The position numbers and the translations under genes were made by a program. From assembly GCA_951406725.2 (NCBI GenBank), contig OX597817.1, positions 126,480,001 to 126,544,000 of the forward strand: a stretch of 64,000 nucleotides of DNA, given 5' to 3'. Below, piece by piece: positions 14,480 to 25,881 of this stretch. The number at the start of each line of letters is the position of its first letter. The stretch's first letter is position 1. This DNA is from Octopus vulgaris. Its lineage: Eukaryota. A model generated the notes under the pieces. The model saw only the letters and a program-made list of their open reading frames with translations, had not been told where the DNA came from and did no database searches.

Positions 14480-14960
14480 TAACAAAACATTATAGCTTTT
14501 TGTGCTCCCGGATAAGCAACGCCTGGCCTCACTGCCTTCGATCATTTTTGTTAATTTTTTTTTTGTCTGAGTCGCATGTGAAACACGACTTATATTTCGA
14601 ACTAATTTTTGTCGGGAATAATCTCAAGTTTATAATCTCCCAGTAGCTCTCCATGATCTTCCTAAAAAAAGATTGACGTTCATTTCCGAAGGTACATTAT
14701 TTAATGACATTTTACATAGTCATTTTCGTATTCCAGAAGGTATAAGTATATATTCCTCAGAGAAGTAAGTATCCGTAGCTATTTTTATAGCCTCTTCTTC
14801 GTTGTGGTTACAACTTCTACCGTTACAAATTACTTTCTTTACCTTAGATGCAACACTGATGTACACACTCCCTTCACGCATTTTCCTGTTTTAGCTAGAG
14901 CTGGATTTTCAGCTTCTTTTGTCCATATATTTGTATACGTCCATATTCTGTCATCTCTTC
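14480..14960 (-). pseudogene. Possible heavily decayed L1/Tx1-type ORF1 relic
   Basis: Minus-strand pieces (VEVVTT..EEAIKIATDTYFSEEYILIPSG...NNVPSE) parallel the ORF1 region near 52 kb (ARQFASQP..GKEILFLPSYC...ICGLPPG). Judged by eye only. Confidence 0.3.
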
Positions 14961-17229
14961 CTGTGTAAGCACGGTCAGATCCGGCTTGCCAGAGCAGTAT
15001 CTGTACCTCAAGAAGTCTGTGCTGCCCTCTAGTGATATATTAACCCACGTTTTCGTTAAGAGTCGTAGACGACTTGCATGATTTTAAAATTATTTTGAAT
15101 TTATTGTTGCCATTGCTGTTTTCATTGTTGTTGCCGTTGTTGTCATTTTCGTTGTTACTGACGCAGCTACTGTCGTTAGTCTTCCTTTTAGCTGCTCTGC
15201 TGTCTTTCTTCTTGCTGTTCGCGGTTTTGTCGTTCTAGTTGTTCCTGGTGTTGTTATTGTCCTTGTCATTGTTGCTATTGGTGTTGATGACTGCGTTGGT
15301 TTGGTTGAGCGTTTTTGCGATTATTTTTGTTGCTATTCGTGTCGACATTTTGGAAGACAACTTAGGGATATCTGTTAAGGGTCGGTTTCACTCACAGTTG
15401 ACCGACAATTCTTACTAGCAAAATTGCTTGTTGTTTTACTGGCCAACAAATTAATAGCAAAGGTAGACCCATCGTCACCTGTTACTACTCCTACACTACC
15501 TGGAGGAGATTGTACCTTGCTGGCAAGCATTTATAAGTTGGAGAGAGAAAGTGGAATTAAAACGAACTGAGGATTATATAAGCTCATTTCCTACTTGAGT
15601 GTATGTCTTTTTTTTTCTGCAGATGCGTCGTCAGCTTCCGAAAACAAGTATAACATGACTGATTTTGAGAAGTAAGGAACATGATAATAACAAGGTGACT
15701 GACACAAGAGCTTTTTCATGATCACCATCAATGTCTTTATTAATTTGTATTAACATTTCCATTATTACTAGACTTGTTGTTGTTTTGATATCGGCTAGTT
15801 ACCCCATGAAATCGCTTGTATGGTCGTTTTGTTTTACCTGTATGTTTGCATTGCATATGCTGTGTTGTATCTAATCTGACCAAGCCGCTGAGTAGCAGGT
15901 CAGTTCCGCTAAGTTCCCACCTCTGGACTTATTCTAGAACGTACTCGCTGAACAAAGCAAAAATGTACAAAGCATGGCACTGAATGATGCAACATGACTG
16001 TGATGGATTTAAGCAATTCTGATGTTGCTTTCCTAACTTAAATCCTAATAATACCACCAACACGTGTGCCGACAGAAACAAAAACATCGACAACAATAAC
16101 ATGCCAACAAAAATATAAGTACAGAAGGCGAGAGTGTGACTGCTATTAATGCCATCTTTAGCCACCATCAATACTGAAATAAATGACAGCAACTACTACA
16201 AAAAATTTACGCTAGAGAAGAAATACCTAAATAACAATCACAAAGAAATACTAATGGTAACCAACTTTGAAAATAAAGATGCAGACAATTTAACAACATA
16301 TCTACCGATAAGATCAACATAGTGACCAAAATCACCATTGGTGCCATCATTAGCATTAAAACAATTTATAATGAGAATGATGTAGCAAGCACACCTACTC
16401 TTAATGCTTTTCCTTACACTAGAATCAATTTGTATCCTTTTCACATAACTACAGACAATGCCAAATATTTCCTAACCAGATTTGTCGTACACTAAATTCA
16501 AACGTACTCAAAATGTCTAGGAATGCACAAAATTATTCCCACATGTATGTAGAAAACCGGAAGATATGACACGGAACCACATTTCGAACCCCAAAATGTA
16601 CGTAATTTATAGGAAATGACTCGGCACCGTAAAGAGAATATTTCCGACTGTGGATAACGCCACTCTACAACACTAAGGCACTACTACTGGTATAAAAACT
16701 TATCTGTATCGGCTGAATTGTGTTAAAAGTAAGGCGGTTGATTTGCCTCCAGAAACAGAGATCTGCTCAAGTGTAGACGCCGTTTACTTTTGAACAAATG
16801 AAACAAAATATGAGACATAATTTATGTCTGTACGTGATGGAACAGTTGATCTTGCACTACACTGGATCTCCTATTGAAATGAAACAATTTTCCTGGTGGA
16901 TTGCTTAACGTTTACGGTGTTTGCTGACAGAAAGACGACATTCCACATATATGGTGACATGCGCAAACGAAATCGTTGACATATATCAGTAAGGGGAAGA
17001 CAAAATAGAACCATTAAGTTAACGAAAACGAAGACAAAAGTGGCCGCAGCAATAAGAACAAGGTGCAACGTCGACAGCTGCAGCACTACCAACGATGACA
17101 TTTCAAATCAACTGTTGCAAAATTGTTATCAACAGTCGCAGCAGCAAATAACAACAGATACAACAAATTCATTAGCAGTGAAAGTAACAACAGATACAAC
17201 AAATGAAGGACCTTCCTGAACGACTATCA

Positions 17230-17460
17230 TATTTCTTTATTGCCCACAAGAAGCTAAACATAGAGATGAGAATCAAGGACAGACAAAGGGATAAGTCAAT
17301 TACATCGACCACAGTGCGTGATTGGGACTTAATTTATCGACCCCGAAAGGATGAAAGGCAGAGTCGACCCCTGCGGAATTTGAACTCAGAACGTAACGGC
17401 AGAAGTAATATGGCTACGCATTTCGCCCGGCGTACTAACGTTTCTGCTAGCTCGCCGCCT
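17230..17460 (-). mobile_element. tRNA-derived SINE family A with 13-bp TSD
   Basis: Reverse complement of the family A head (ctagctcgccgcc at ~17447-17459). TSD tgaacgact(a/g)tca at 17217-17229 and 17464-17476. Confidence 0.9.
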
Positions 17461-18749
17461 ATATGAACGACTGTCAATGATAAGAACTGAAACTGAAATA
17501 CAGAATGCAACATTAAAAAGTCAAGAGAACATGATAAACTTATTCCTCCCAGGGATTACTTTTCGCTGCTTCGAAAATCTAAGACATATGTATCAAGATT
17601 AAAATAGAAATGACTAACAAAAAAAAAGAATAACATGTTCCAACAAAAGTACGAGTAATATCGAAAGATTGGAAGAAATATGTGAAATAACACAAAAACA
17701 CCGCCTCCAAAACCAATACCCTAATATCATCAAAACCATCATCAACAACATGTTCACCAAAATAAAACCGGCAGCCACAATCTTTGCAAACATTAGCAGA
17801 ATCCATATTACATTCGATCCAAGTACTATGAACAAACTTGCGAAGAAAAATCGTAATCACCATAACAGTGAACTCGACTAACAACAGAACTAATAAACTG
17901 CATAAAGCAATACACAAACATTGCACACAGCAATTTCTTCTTCATGAAATAATATACCTATATAAAAATTCTAAAACAAGAAAAAAATGATAAAATCAAG
18001 CTCAGATATGAGATATCCCAATGGAATTAGATATATCCTGGCAGCAGTAACAAATATAATTTCCTAAAATTCACTTTCGAAATTACAGAAGTCCCGCCTT
18101 TCTCAATAATGTAAAATAATCGTTTCTCCCTTTAACAAGGTCGTAAGTAAGCTACGTAATATATTGCCAGGTAGGATGCTTTGGAAGCGAAGCCACTTCT
18201 AGGAAGATGTTAAACGATTAGATGCAGATACGGTGGCTATTTTGAGATCAGTGTTTTGAGGGACGTTACAACAACTGGTTGGCTTAAACAATTCCAAGAG
18301 TAATATGGTAAAGAGGTTTAATGTCTGTGTTATTTCGTAGAAAGTGCAATTCACGCTGAGGACCATCTGGGATCGAGGGTTTGTGTTGGTAATGCAAATC
18401 TTGACTAGCAACGAACATCAAACATTCCTAATTGCAGCAATACACGCCCTATGAGTTCTTCACTAGGCCTAATATCATTGGGCATATTGCAACGTTCCTG
18501 GGAATGCTCTGATTTGTAGCACCAGTTGTCAACTGGAATGGCATCGAGGATACCTGCTGAGGATATCTCGCGTGAACCAACATGCAAAGTCGCAAAAATC
18601 TTACGAAACTGCACAGTTGTAACTAACACTTTGACGATTACTGACTTCCCAAATGTTACAGGGAAGACAAGCAAACCATAACGAGGAAATCAATATATCC
18701 ATATCTTACTAAGAGTGTTCTCTCTTGATGGAAATAGAGAACAAAGTCA

Positions 18750-18917
18750 ATACTTACGTTATTTACATTTGACAGACATTTGTCCTCATCTTTGTTGTTA
18801 ACTCAATGTTTCGGCTGATATACCCTCCAGACTTCATTAGGGGAAATTTTGTCTTGGGGAAATTTTGAACCTGGGTTTTCATTCCTAAGTTTTTTTGTTG
18901 TTATTATTATTATTATT
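18750..18917 (-). mobile_element. Inverted, headless copy of the hammerhead-bearing SINE body
   Basis: Reverse complement of ~20108-20240, including a degenerate hammerhead at 18800-18841 (CTAATGA...CAGCCGAAACATT). Confidence 0.85.
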
Positions 18918-19788
18918 CTATGTTTGACTTTTGCTTTATATCTGTACAAGTTGGCTCCAAGTCTCACCCAGAGACCTCAAGAGACAACAGGTTGGAAGTT
19001 CTGTGCCATATATTTAGTTTTTTTTTTTCCTTTTTTTTTTGGTGTTGTACTAGTGAATGTCTAATACATAAAAAAAAAGAAAATAAAAAATATTGTTTTA
19101 AATCTTGGGATTACATAGAGAGTATTTTGCGTAGGATATGAGCAGTTCCCATGAGCACTATCTTTTGAATTTCTGCCATTTTGGGGTTTCCTGGTATCTG
19201 AGTTAGGTAGCAATCAGTCCTTCTCGCTATCATTCCCAGGTCACCTATGACAACAGGTATTATTTTAGTCTTCAGCTTCCAAATTTTGCTGATTTCTATT
19301 TGAAGATCTTTATATTTGCTCAGTTTTTGGTAGGTCTTGACAGATACGTTTATATCGATTGGGACAGTCATATCAATGAGGAGGCATGTTCTTTGTCTGA
19401 AGTGTTTCAATATAATGTCTGGCCTATTTGCATCTATCATCCTGTCAGTTTGAATGGTGAAGTTCCAGAGTAGTGAGATGTGGTCATTTTCAAGCACAGG
19501 AGGTGGATTGTGTTCCCACCAGTTTTTTTCATGGGGCAAATCCAGGTTTTTGCAAATTACCCAGTGAATATATTGTGCAGCTCTATCATGCCTACTGAGG
19601 TACTCTGTTGGCGCTAGAAGACTGCATTTGGAGACAACATGGTCAATGGTTTCATTTTGTTGTTGACATACACGACATGTTGGGCTACTGCCGTTCTTTA
19701 ATATGTTGGCCAGGTAGTTTCTTGTTGGTAGGTTTTGATCTTGAGCTGCTATGATAAACCCCTCTATTTCAGATTTTAAGCCAGAGGC
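18918..19788 (-). mobile_element. 5'-truncated R4/Dong-clade non-LTR retrotransposon (zinc knuckle + restriction-like endonuclease, 3' UTR)
   Basis: Open frame to the stop at 19111 with AAQDQ..TRNY, CRVC..ETIDHVVSKC, RHD, NRPDI..ID..VP and KLSKYKDL. Flanked by (AAT)n on both sides on the element strand. Confidence 0.9.
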
Positions 19789-19870
<82 letters not shown>

Positions 19871-19896
19871 GTTATTATCATCATTATTATGCCCAC

Positions 19897-19994
19897 GGAC
19901 ATATGGCGTAGTGGTTAAGAGCACGGGCTACTAGCCCCAGGATTCGAGTTCGAATCTAGGCAGTGGCCTGAATAATGAAATAATAATAAAACTA

Positions 19995-20073
<79 letters not shown>

Positions 20074-20270
20074 TTAATAATAATAATATTAATAATAATA
20101 ATAATAAAACCTTAGGAATGAGAACGCAGGTTCGAAATTTCCCCAAGACACCTGATGAAGGCTAGAGAGTATATCAGCCGAAACGCTGTATCAACAACAA
20201 AAAAGAGGAGGATAAATATCTGTCAAATGTAAATAATGTACATAATTCCTCATCTTTTACATATAGAACC
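19897..20270 (+). mobile_element. tRNA-headed SINE: A/B-box head + (AAT)n + body with minimal hammerhead
   Basis: A box TGGCGTAGTGG 19904-19914, B box GAGTTCGAATC 19946-19956, (AAT)n 19971-20106, hammerhead motif 20147-20192. Confidence 0.75.
20147..20192 (+). ncRNA. Minimal type I hammerhead ribozyme motif (this copy degenerate)
   Basis: gacac-CTGATGA-a-ggct...agcc-GAAA-cg-ct-gtatc. The copy at 18800-18841 supplies TT at the cleavage triplet, so the two-copy consensus is GAAACGTT. Confidence 0.6.
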
Positions 20271-22164
20271 GTAAAGTCAATACTGTAAGGAAATCGGCTT
20301 CTCGTAAACGAGAAATTTGTGAACTGAACGTTTAGCATATTCAAATGCCGTGCCGGGATAAATGCCAGAATTTTAAAGCCGACAGTTTGAAATCGTACCA
20401 AGATCGGATTCATTCATAACTTAAACCTCACTTGACATGGATAATCGCCAACAAATAGCGATCAGAGCAGAAATGATGAGTTTTTGTGGTGAAGTAGCGA
20501 GATAGAAAACAATATTAGGAAGTAGCTTAGAATCTTAGACTGAAGATTAATATATGAATCGTGGTTTCCAGAAATAAAAAATGAAAGAAAAGACAACTAC
20601 TTGATGCCAGTGAGAGGCAGAGACGCAACCTGGCCATAGGCCACAATTCCGTATTTGGGGATCGTGATGAACACATGTTGCTCTACCTTAACAGATATCT
20701 GCGGCTTTCAGCGGTGTATTTCACGATTGTTCAGGAAGAATAGACTAATTTAATCGTAGGTTGAACTTCTGCGATACCCTATCATGACTCTCGGATAATG
20801 TAACAGGACCAGCAGTTGCCTGACGTTGATCCTGACTTCACTCTTTGTCAGATGCGCTTTTTGTCTAGATAGTCAGATAGAGAATAGCAATCCTGGATTA
20901 ACCAAAAACAAAGACAGAACGTGCCGCATCAGGAATGTTCCAAAGCAATGTCTGGAGACGATGTTGCAAGAATTCTCACATCATTGTATTGTCTTATTAG
21001 CATGATACATTATGACATTCTAGGGAAAATACAGTTATTAACTAAAAAAATTACAATCGATTGGAACAGGTTATATTTCGAAACAAAAAGAACAGCAACA
21101 ATACTGATCATTCCTTACCAATACAAAGTCGAGAATGTCTAGGGGCAGTTTGAGCAGATTGTAGCGTACCTTGTACCTGACCAATACTAAGTAATCTATC
21201 GACCCGAATGATTTAACGGAAATTTGACCAAGTAGATTCTCCCTCGTATCAACATTTTGTTCGGCATTGTGGCGACAGAAATCTTTCCTGCGTTACCTTT
21301 TAATTGACACCATGCTCTTTATTGGCTTTCATTTATCAGTATAATACTGAACTTGAATGAAATTGCCATAATCGCTCTAGATTTCTGATTTTGCAGAAAC
21401 AATGTTAGGAATCATTACATACATATATTATTTTTGCCGAAAATCAAATCAATTGATTTCCAATGTCTCCACTCGTACGTTTTCATTTTCTTTCTGATAC
21501 ATGTTGGTTTGCTTATATTTCAATATATGAACAGCAAGTAAAACCTAACCAGATTTCAATTTCATTTATGTGTATCATAATAGATTTACGCTATCACACT
21601 GCTTCCATATTGGAAAATGACGAGATCGGAAGCATTGCATCAAATCGCATGGAATTTCACATGAAAAGAAATATTTTCTTCAGCCGATATTACATCTTGG
21701 TTTCATCGCAACATGGATATTATGAATACATGCATATATAAGAAATCTGCTATTTGGGGTGAATGGAGAATGCATAATTGACAAGATTAACACAGGACGC
21801 AGTGAGAAGCAATATCAAAACAAAATTTCCATTATGGGAATGGTAACTAGAGTTGTGTGAAATCAAGAAATATATTTGAAATTGAAATACTAGTAGAAGT
21901 GGTTGTCATCGCATTAGTCTTCTTCGCTACAGTACGGCTAGGTAGTCGTTGCATATGTTGTTGTTTTTGTAAGTAATAACATCACAAGGATTAATTTCAC
22001 TTCGATGATCATTGGAATTAACAGTCATATTTTGTGCCATGTGCATACTGCATGATTGCCTACGTGCTACGATGCAGTACTGAAACGTGTTGCACGTGGT
22101 AGTCGAAAGGCAAGGTACATTTAAACAATCATACAGTCCGTTTCTGCTAAATTCTTCCTGTTAC

Positions 22165-22290
22165 TTTATTTACATTGGACGGATATTTGCCCTCATCTTC
22201 TTTGTTGTGTCTGCTTATATACCTTCCACCCTTCAGGTTCGAAATTTCCCCAAGACATAATTCTTCATCTCTTAAATATAGAACTGTTCC
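22165..22290. mobile_element. Rearranged copy of the hammerhead SINE body (internal inversion/deletion)
   Basis: First half matches 18760-18830 (minus orientation). It then switches to caggttcgaaatttccccaagaca and ataattcttcatctc..atatagaac (plus orientation). Confidence 0.7.
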
Positions 22291-23319
22291 TGTTACTGTT
22301 TTCATTTTCAGCTGTTGTTTTTGCATGTGGTTTGATTATTGATGGTATCGAGGCTATGTAGTTGTTTCGTGTGCTGTTATCTGACTCTCTTAGTAAATAT
22401 TTATATTTTTGTGTTTGTGATGTTAAGTAGCGAAGTCTCTTATTCCTGTGTTATTTTCATATGTATACATGTTTAAGTTTGACTTATTTATACAATGACA
22501 CAAATGAGACCTTATGCACGTCATAATTATCATAATCTCATGTAATATCATGATAACCAGTATTAAAATAGTTCCCATGTTTATCATTATAAACACCATC
22601 AGCATACTTACCGACAATACCATAAAAAACACAACAATTAACTTGGTAGGAACACTTGTAACTATGTTAGAACTTCCATGATCTCACTTCATTTTAAACA
22701 CTAAAGTTGGTAATATTAGTAAAAAATATTGCGACACTAGATTTATATATGCAGATTATATATATAAGAAACAAACTAAATGTTAAACACAATTTATTGT
22801 AAACTACTGAGGTACTGCAAACTCATATGCGTTTAAATAAACCTGTTGTTTCTTGAAAATACACCATATTGGATTAACTGGTACTAAGTGGTGGTGGTCA
22901 TCGTCATCGTTGTCGTGGTCGTGGTCGTGGCGGTCGTGGTGGTGATGATGATGATGAAGAGGGGGAGGAGGATTGTCTCAAAGCAAGCCATGCTGAAGCA
23001 AATCTTACTGTGATAAAGAATCGATGATTGCTACACTTACTATATCTAAAAAGAAATGACATATTGTGAATACGTACTTTTGTGGCGTTAATGCATTATC
23101 TTTGGTGAAATTGGGTCGCTAATAACAACAGTGAGTCGAAGTATAGCTTTGTTAGCTGGTTGAGAAAATAGAAGCTGATAATACATGTATTGATATATCT
23201 AAATGATAGTACCGCATATACGACGCCATTTACAGCGTACAACATAGACTAATTCACTTATAAAAGCCGTACATATGTATCAATATGCTATAGCTCTTAT
23301 CTACGCTCTTTGAGCTTGG

Positions 23320-23832
23320 ATGGTAAATAATTATGTGCACTTCAAATATTGGGCTTCTAGATTATTTGTCTAAGCCATATATCCCTTCCTTTTCCTTCAT
23401 CCTTTTGTTTATAGTGTCTGCTCTTTTTTTCCACTGTGATGAAGATCTGTTGCCTTAATTAGAATGCACTTTGAAGAAAAAGAATTTTATTCTTGCATTT
23501 ATGTATAGACTGCATTGTGGTAATCTGATTAGAAACAGCTGTTAGCTCTGTTACGTCTTGCATTGTATCAATAAACAAGCTTTCAAATGTGGTCTAACCG
23601 ATGTACGGGTTAATCTAGGTTTTTATCCATTTTCTAATTATTTGCATTGGTTCCTGATAAAGTTTTGCTTATCCTATTGTTACCTGCGCTCGACGTATAT
23701 GGTATGCCTGCACAACTTTGCCCTGGAATAACACAGGTAACGGATACTGATAGTTTTAACGGATATTTTACCCTTAGTCGGATACTAAAACCGCTAACGT
23801 TCTCTCTTTCTTTCTCTCTTGCTCTGCGTATG

Positions 23833-23894
<62 letters not shown>

Positions 23895-24103
23895 GAGGAA
23901 GTAAAACAAGGTAGAAAAAATTACTCTATCATCAAAAAACATTTTAGTTCCGGTTTCAACCTTTTCGACTTTTCCACTTAGAATAAAGAATGAAAAATCT
24001 ATAAATTGTGGAAAACTAAATGAAATGTTTATTTAAAAAATTTCCATAGTCTTCAAATAGGTAGAACATTTTCTTTTTTTCTCTATCTCTCGCCCTCTCT
24101 CTC

Positions 24104-24154
<51 letters not shown>

Positions 24155-24473
24155 ATACTTTCGTGAAGCGTCGGTAGGTAATGGCAAATCGTTTCTAATT
24201 TGTCAATAGTGAATCAGTATGACGACCAAACTCCAAAGAAATTATCGCGTTGTTAAATTGCGATTTTCAAAGGTTTTATTTACTTTTATTCTACGACATT
24301 AATATTATCATCGTAGAATAAAACCTTTGAAAGTACCAATTCAACATTGTGATAATTTCTCTTGGAGTTTGTTCGTCATATTGATTCACTGTTGACAATT
24401 TAGAAACGACATGCTACTACATACGCTCGGTAATAGAAATGATTTGCCATTACCTACCGATGCTTCACAAAAG

Positions 24474-24544
<71 letters not shown>

Positions 24545-24732
24545 GAAAAAAGGAAACTGTCCTACCTATTTGAAGACTATGGAAATATTTTAAATAAACA
24601 TTTCATTTAGTTTTCCACAATTTATAGATTTTTCATTCTTTACTCTGAGTGGAAAAGTCGAAAAGGCTGAAACCGGAACTGAAATGTTTTTTTTATGACA
24701 GAACACTTTTTTCTACCTTGTCTTATTTCCTC

Positions 24733-24799
<67 letters not shown>

Positions 24800-25308
24800 C
24801 ATACAGAGCAAGAAAGAAAGAAAGAGAAAAGAAAGAGATAGCATTAGTGGTTTTAGTAACCAATTAAGGGTAAAATATCCGTTAATACAATCAGTATCCG
24901 TCACCTGCGTTATTCCAGGGCAAATGTGTGCAAGCATACCATATACGTCGAGCGCAGGTAACAATAGGATAAACAAAACTTTATCAGGAGCCAATGCAAA
25001 TAATTAGAAAATGGATAAAAACATAGATTAGCCCGCCCATCGATTGGACCATATTTTAAAGCTTGTTTATTGATACGATGCAAGACATAACAGATCTAAC
25101 AGCTGTTTCTAATCAGATTACCAGAATGCCGTCTATACATTAATGTAAGAATAAAATTCTTTTTCTTCAAAGTGCATTCTAATTAAGGCAACAGATCTTC
25201 ACCAGAGTGGAAAACAAGAACATGCAATATAAACAAAAGGAATAATGAAAAGGAAGGAATATATGGCTTAAACACATAATATTTGAAGTGCACATAATTA
25301 TTTACCAT
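23320..25308. repeat. ~2 kb imperfect palindrome (arms 23320-24296 and 24311-25308, 14-nt spacer)
   Basis: Arms align as reverse complements end to end, roughly 85-90% by eye with a few indels. The mirrored ORFs 23647+ and 24713- reflect this. Confidence 0.95.
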
Positions 25309-25334
25309 TCACAAAAGTAAAAGAGAGAGATAGA

Positions 25335-25535
25335 AATAACGAAAATGTCCTCCCTATTTGAAGACTATGGAAATATTTAAAAACCATTTCATTTAATTTC
25401 CCCGCTATTTTATTAATTGTCTTGCTTTATTTTAAGTTGAAAAAGCCGAAAACCAAAAAACTAAAACGGGTACTAAAATGCTTTTCATGGTAAAATTATT
25501 TTAGCATTTTCTACCTTGTTTTGTTTTCGTTATAT
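25335..25535. repeat. Third, more diverged copy of the ~200-bp segment present in both palindrome arms
   Basis: cctatttgaagactatggaaatatt...ttttctaccttgt is a direct repeat of ~24560-24735. Confidence 0.8.
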
Positions 25536-25881
25536 ATATCAACTCGTGCGTTACTTTGCAATCATCAACACACATACACAAAGACACACACACACACACA
25601 CAGATCTATATATATATGCGTGTGTGTGTGTAATTTGTTTTGGACTAATGGGGATATGTCAATTAAGGTTTTGAATAAAGCACATTCACAGTTTGGTCAA
25701 CAAGGTGTTATTCACAGTAGGGATATATTTCCTCTAGATCTCTGTCAGGAATTCCGTAGTGTTGATTGAGATAATGAGTGATGAAAGAAATGAAAGATAG
25801 ATTTAGCGCTAATCTTTATTCAGTACGATGTTTCTTTCGCCCCATCCTTCCTGCAGCTTCGAGCGAAAAATTGCCACCATT

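Noticed and set aside
15400-18700. Possible decayed retroelement coding (NQYPNII-like near 17.7 kb; ITNT and APE-like traces at 18.2-18.6 kb)
   Set aside because: Motifs are too fragmentary to assign by eye; needs a frameshift-aware profile search.
19897-19970. tRNA gene
   Set aside because: A/B boxes are present, but there is no proper acceptor stem or T-run terminator; treated as a SINE head.
23647-24994. Two similar signal-peptide-like ORFs (MVPDKVLL.. / MAPDKVLF..)
   Set aside because: They are mirror images within the palindrome, lack ATG starts and run into (TA)n.
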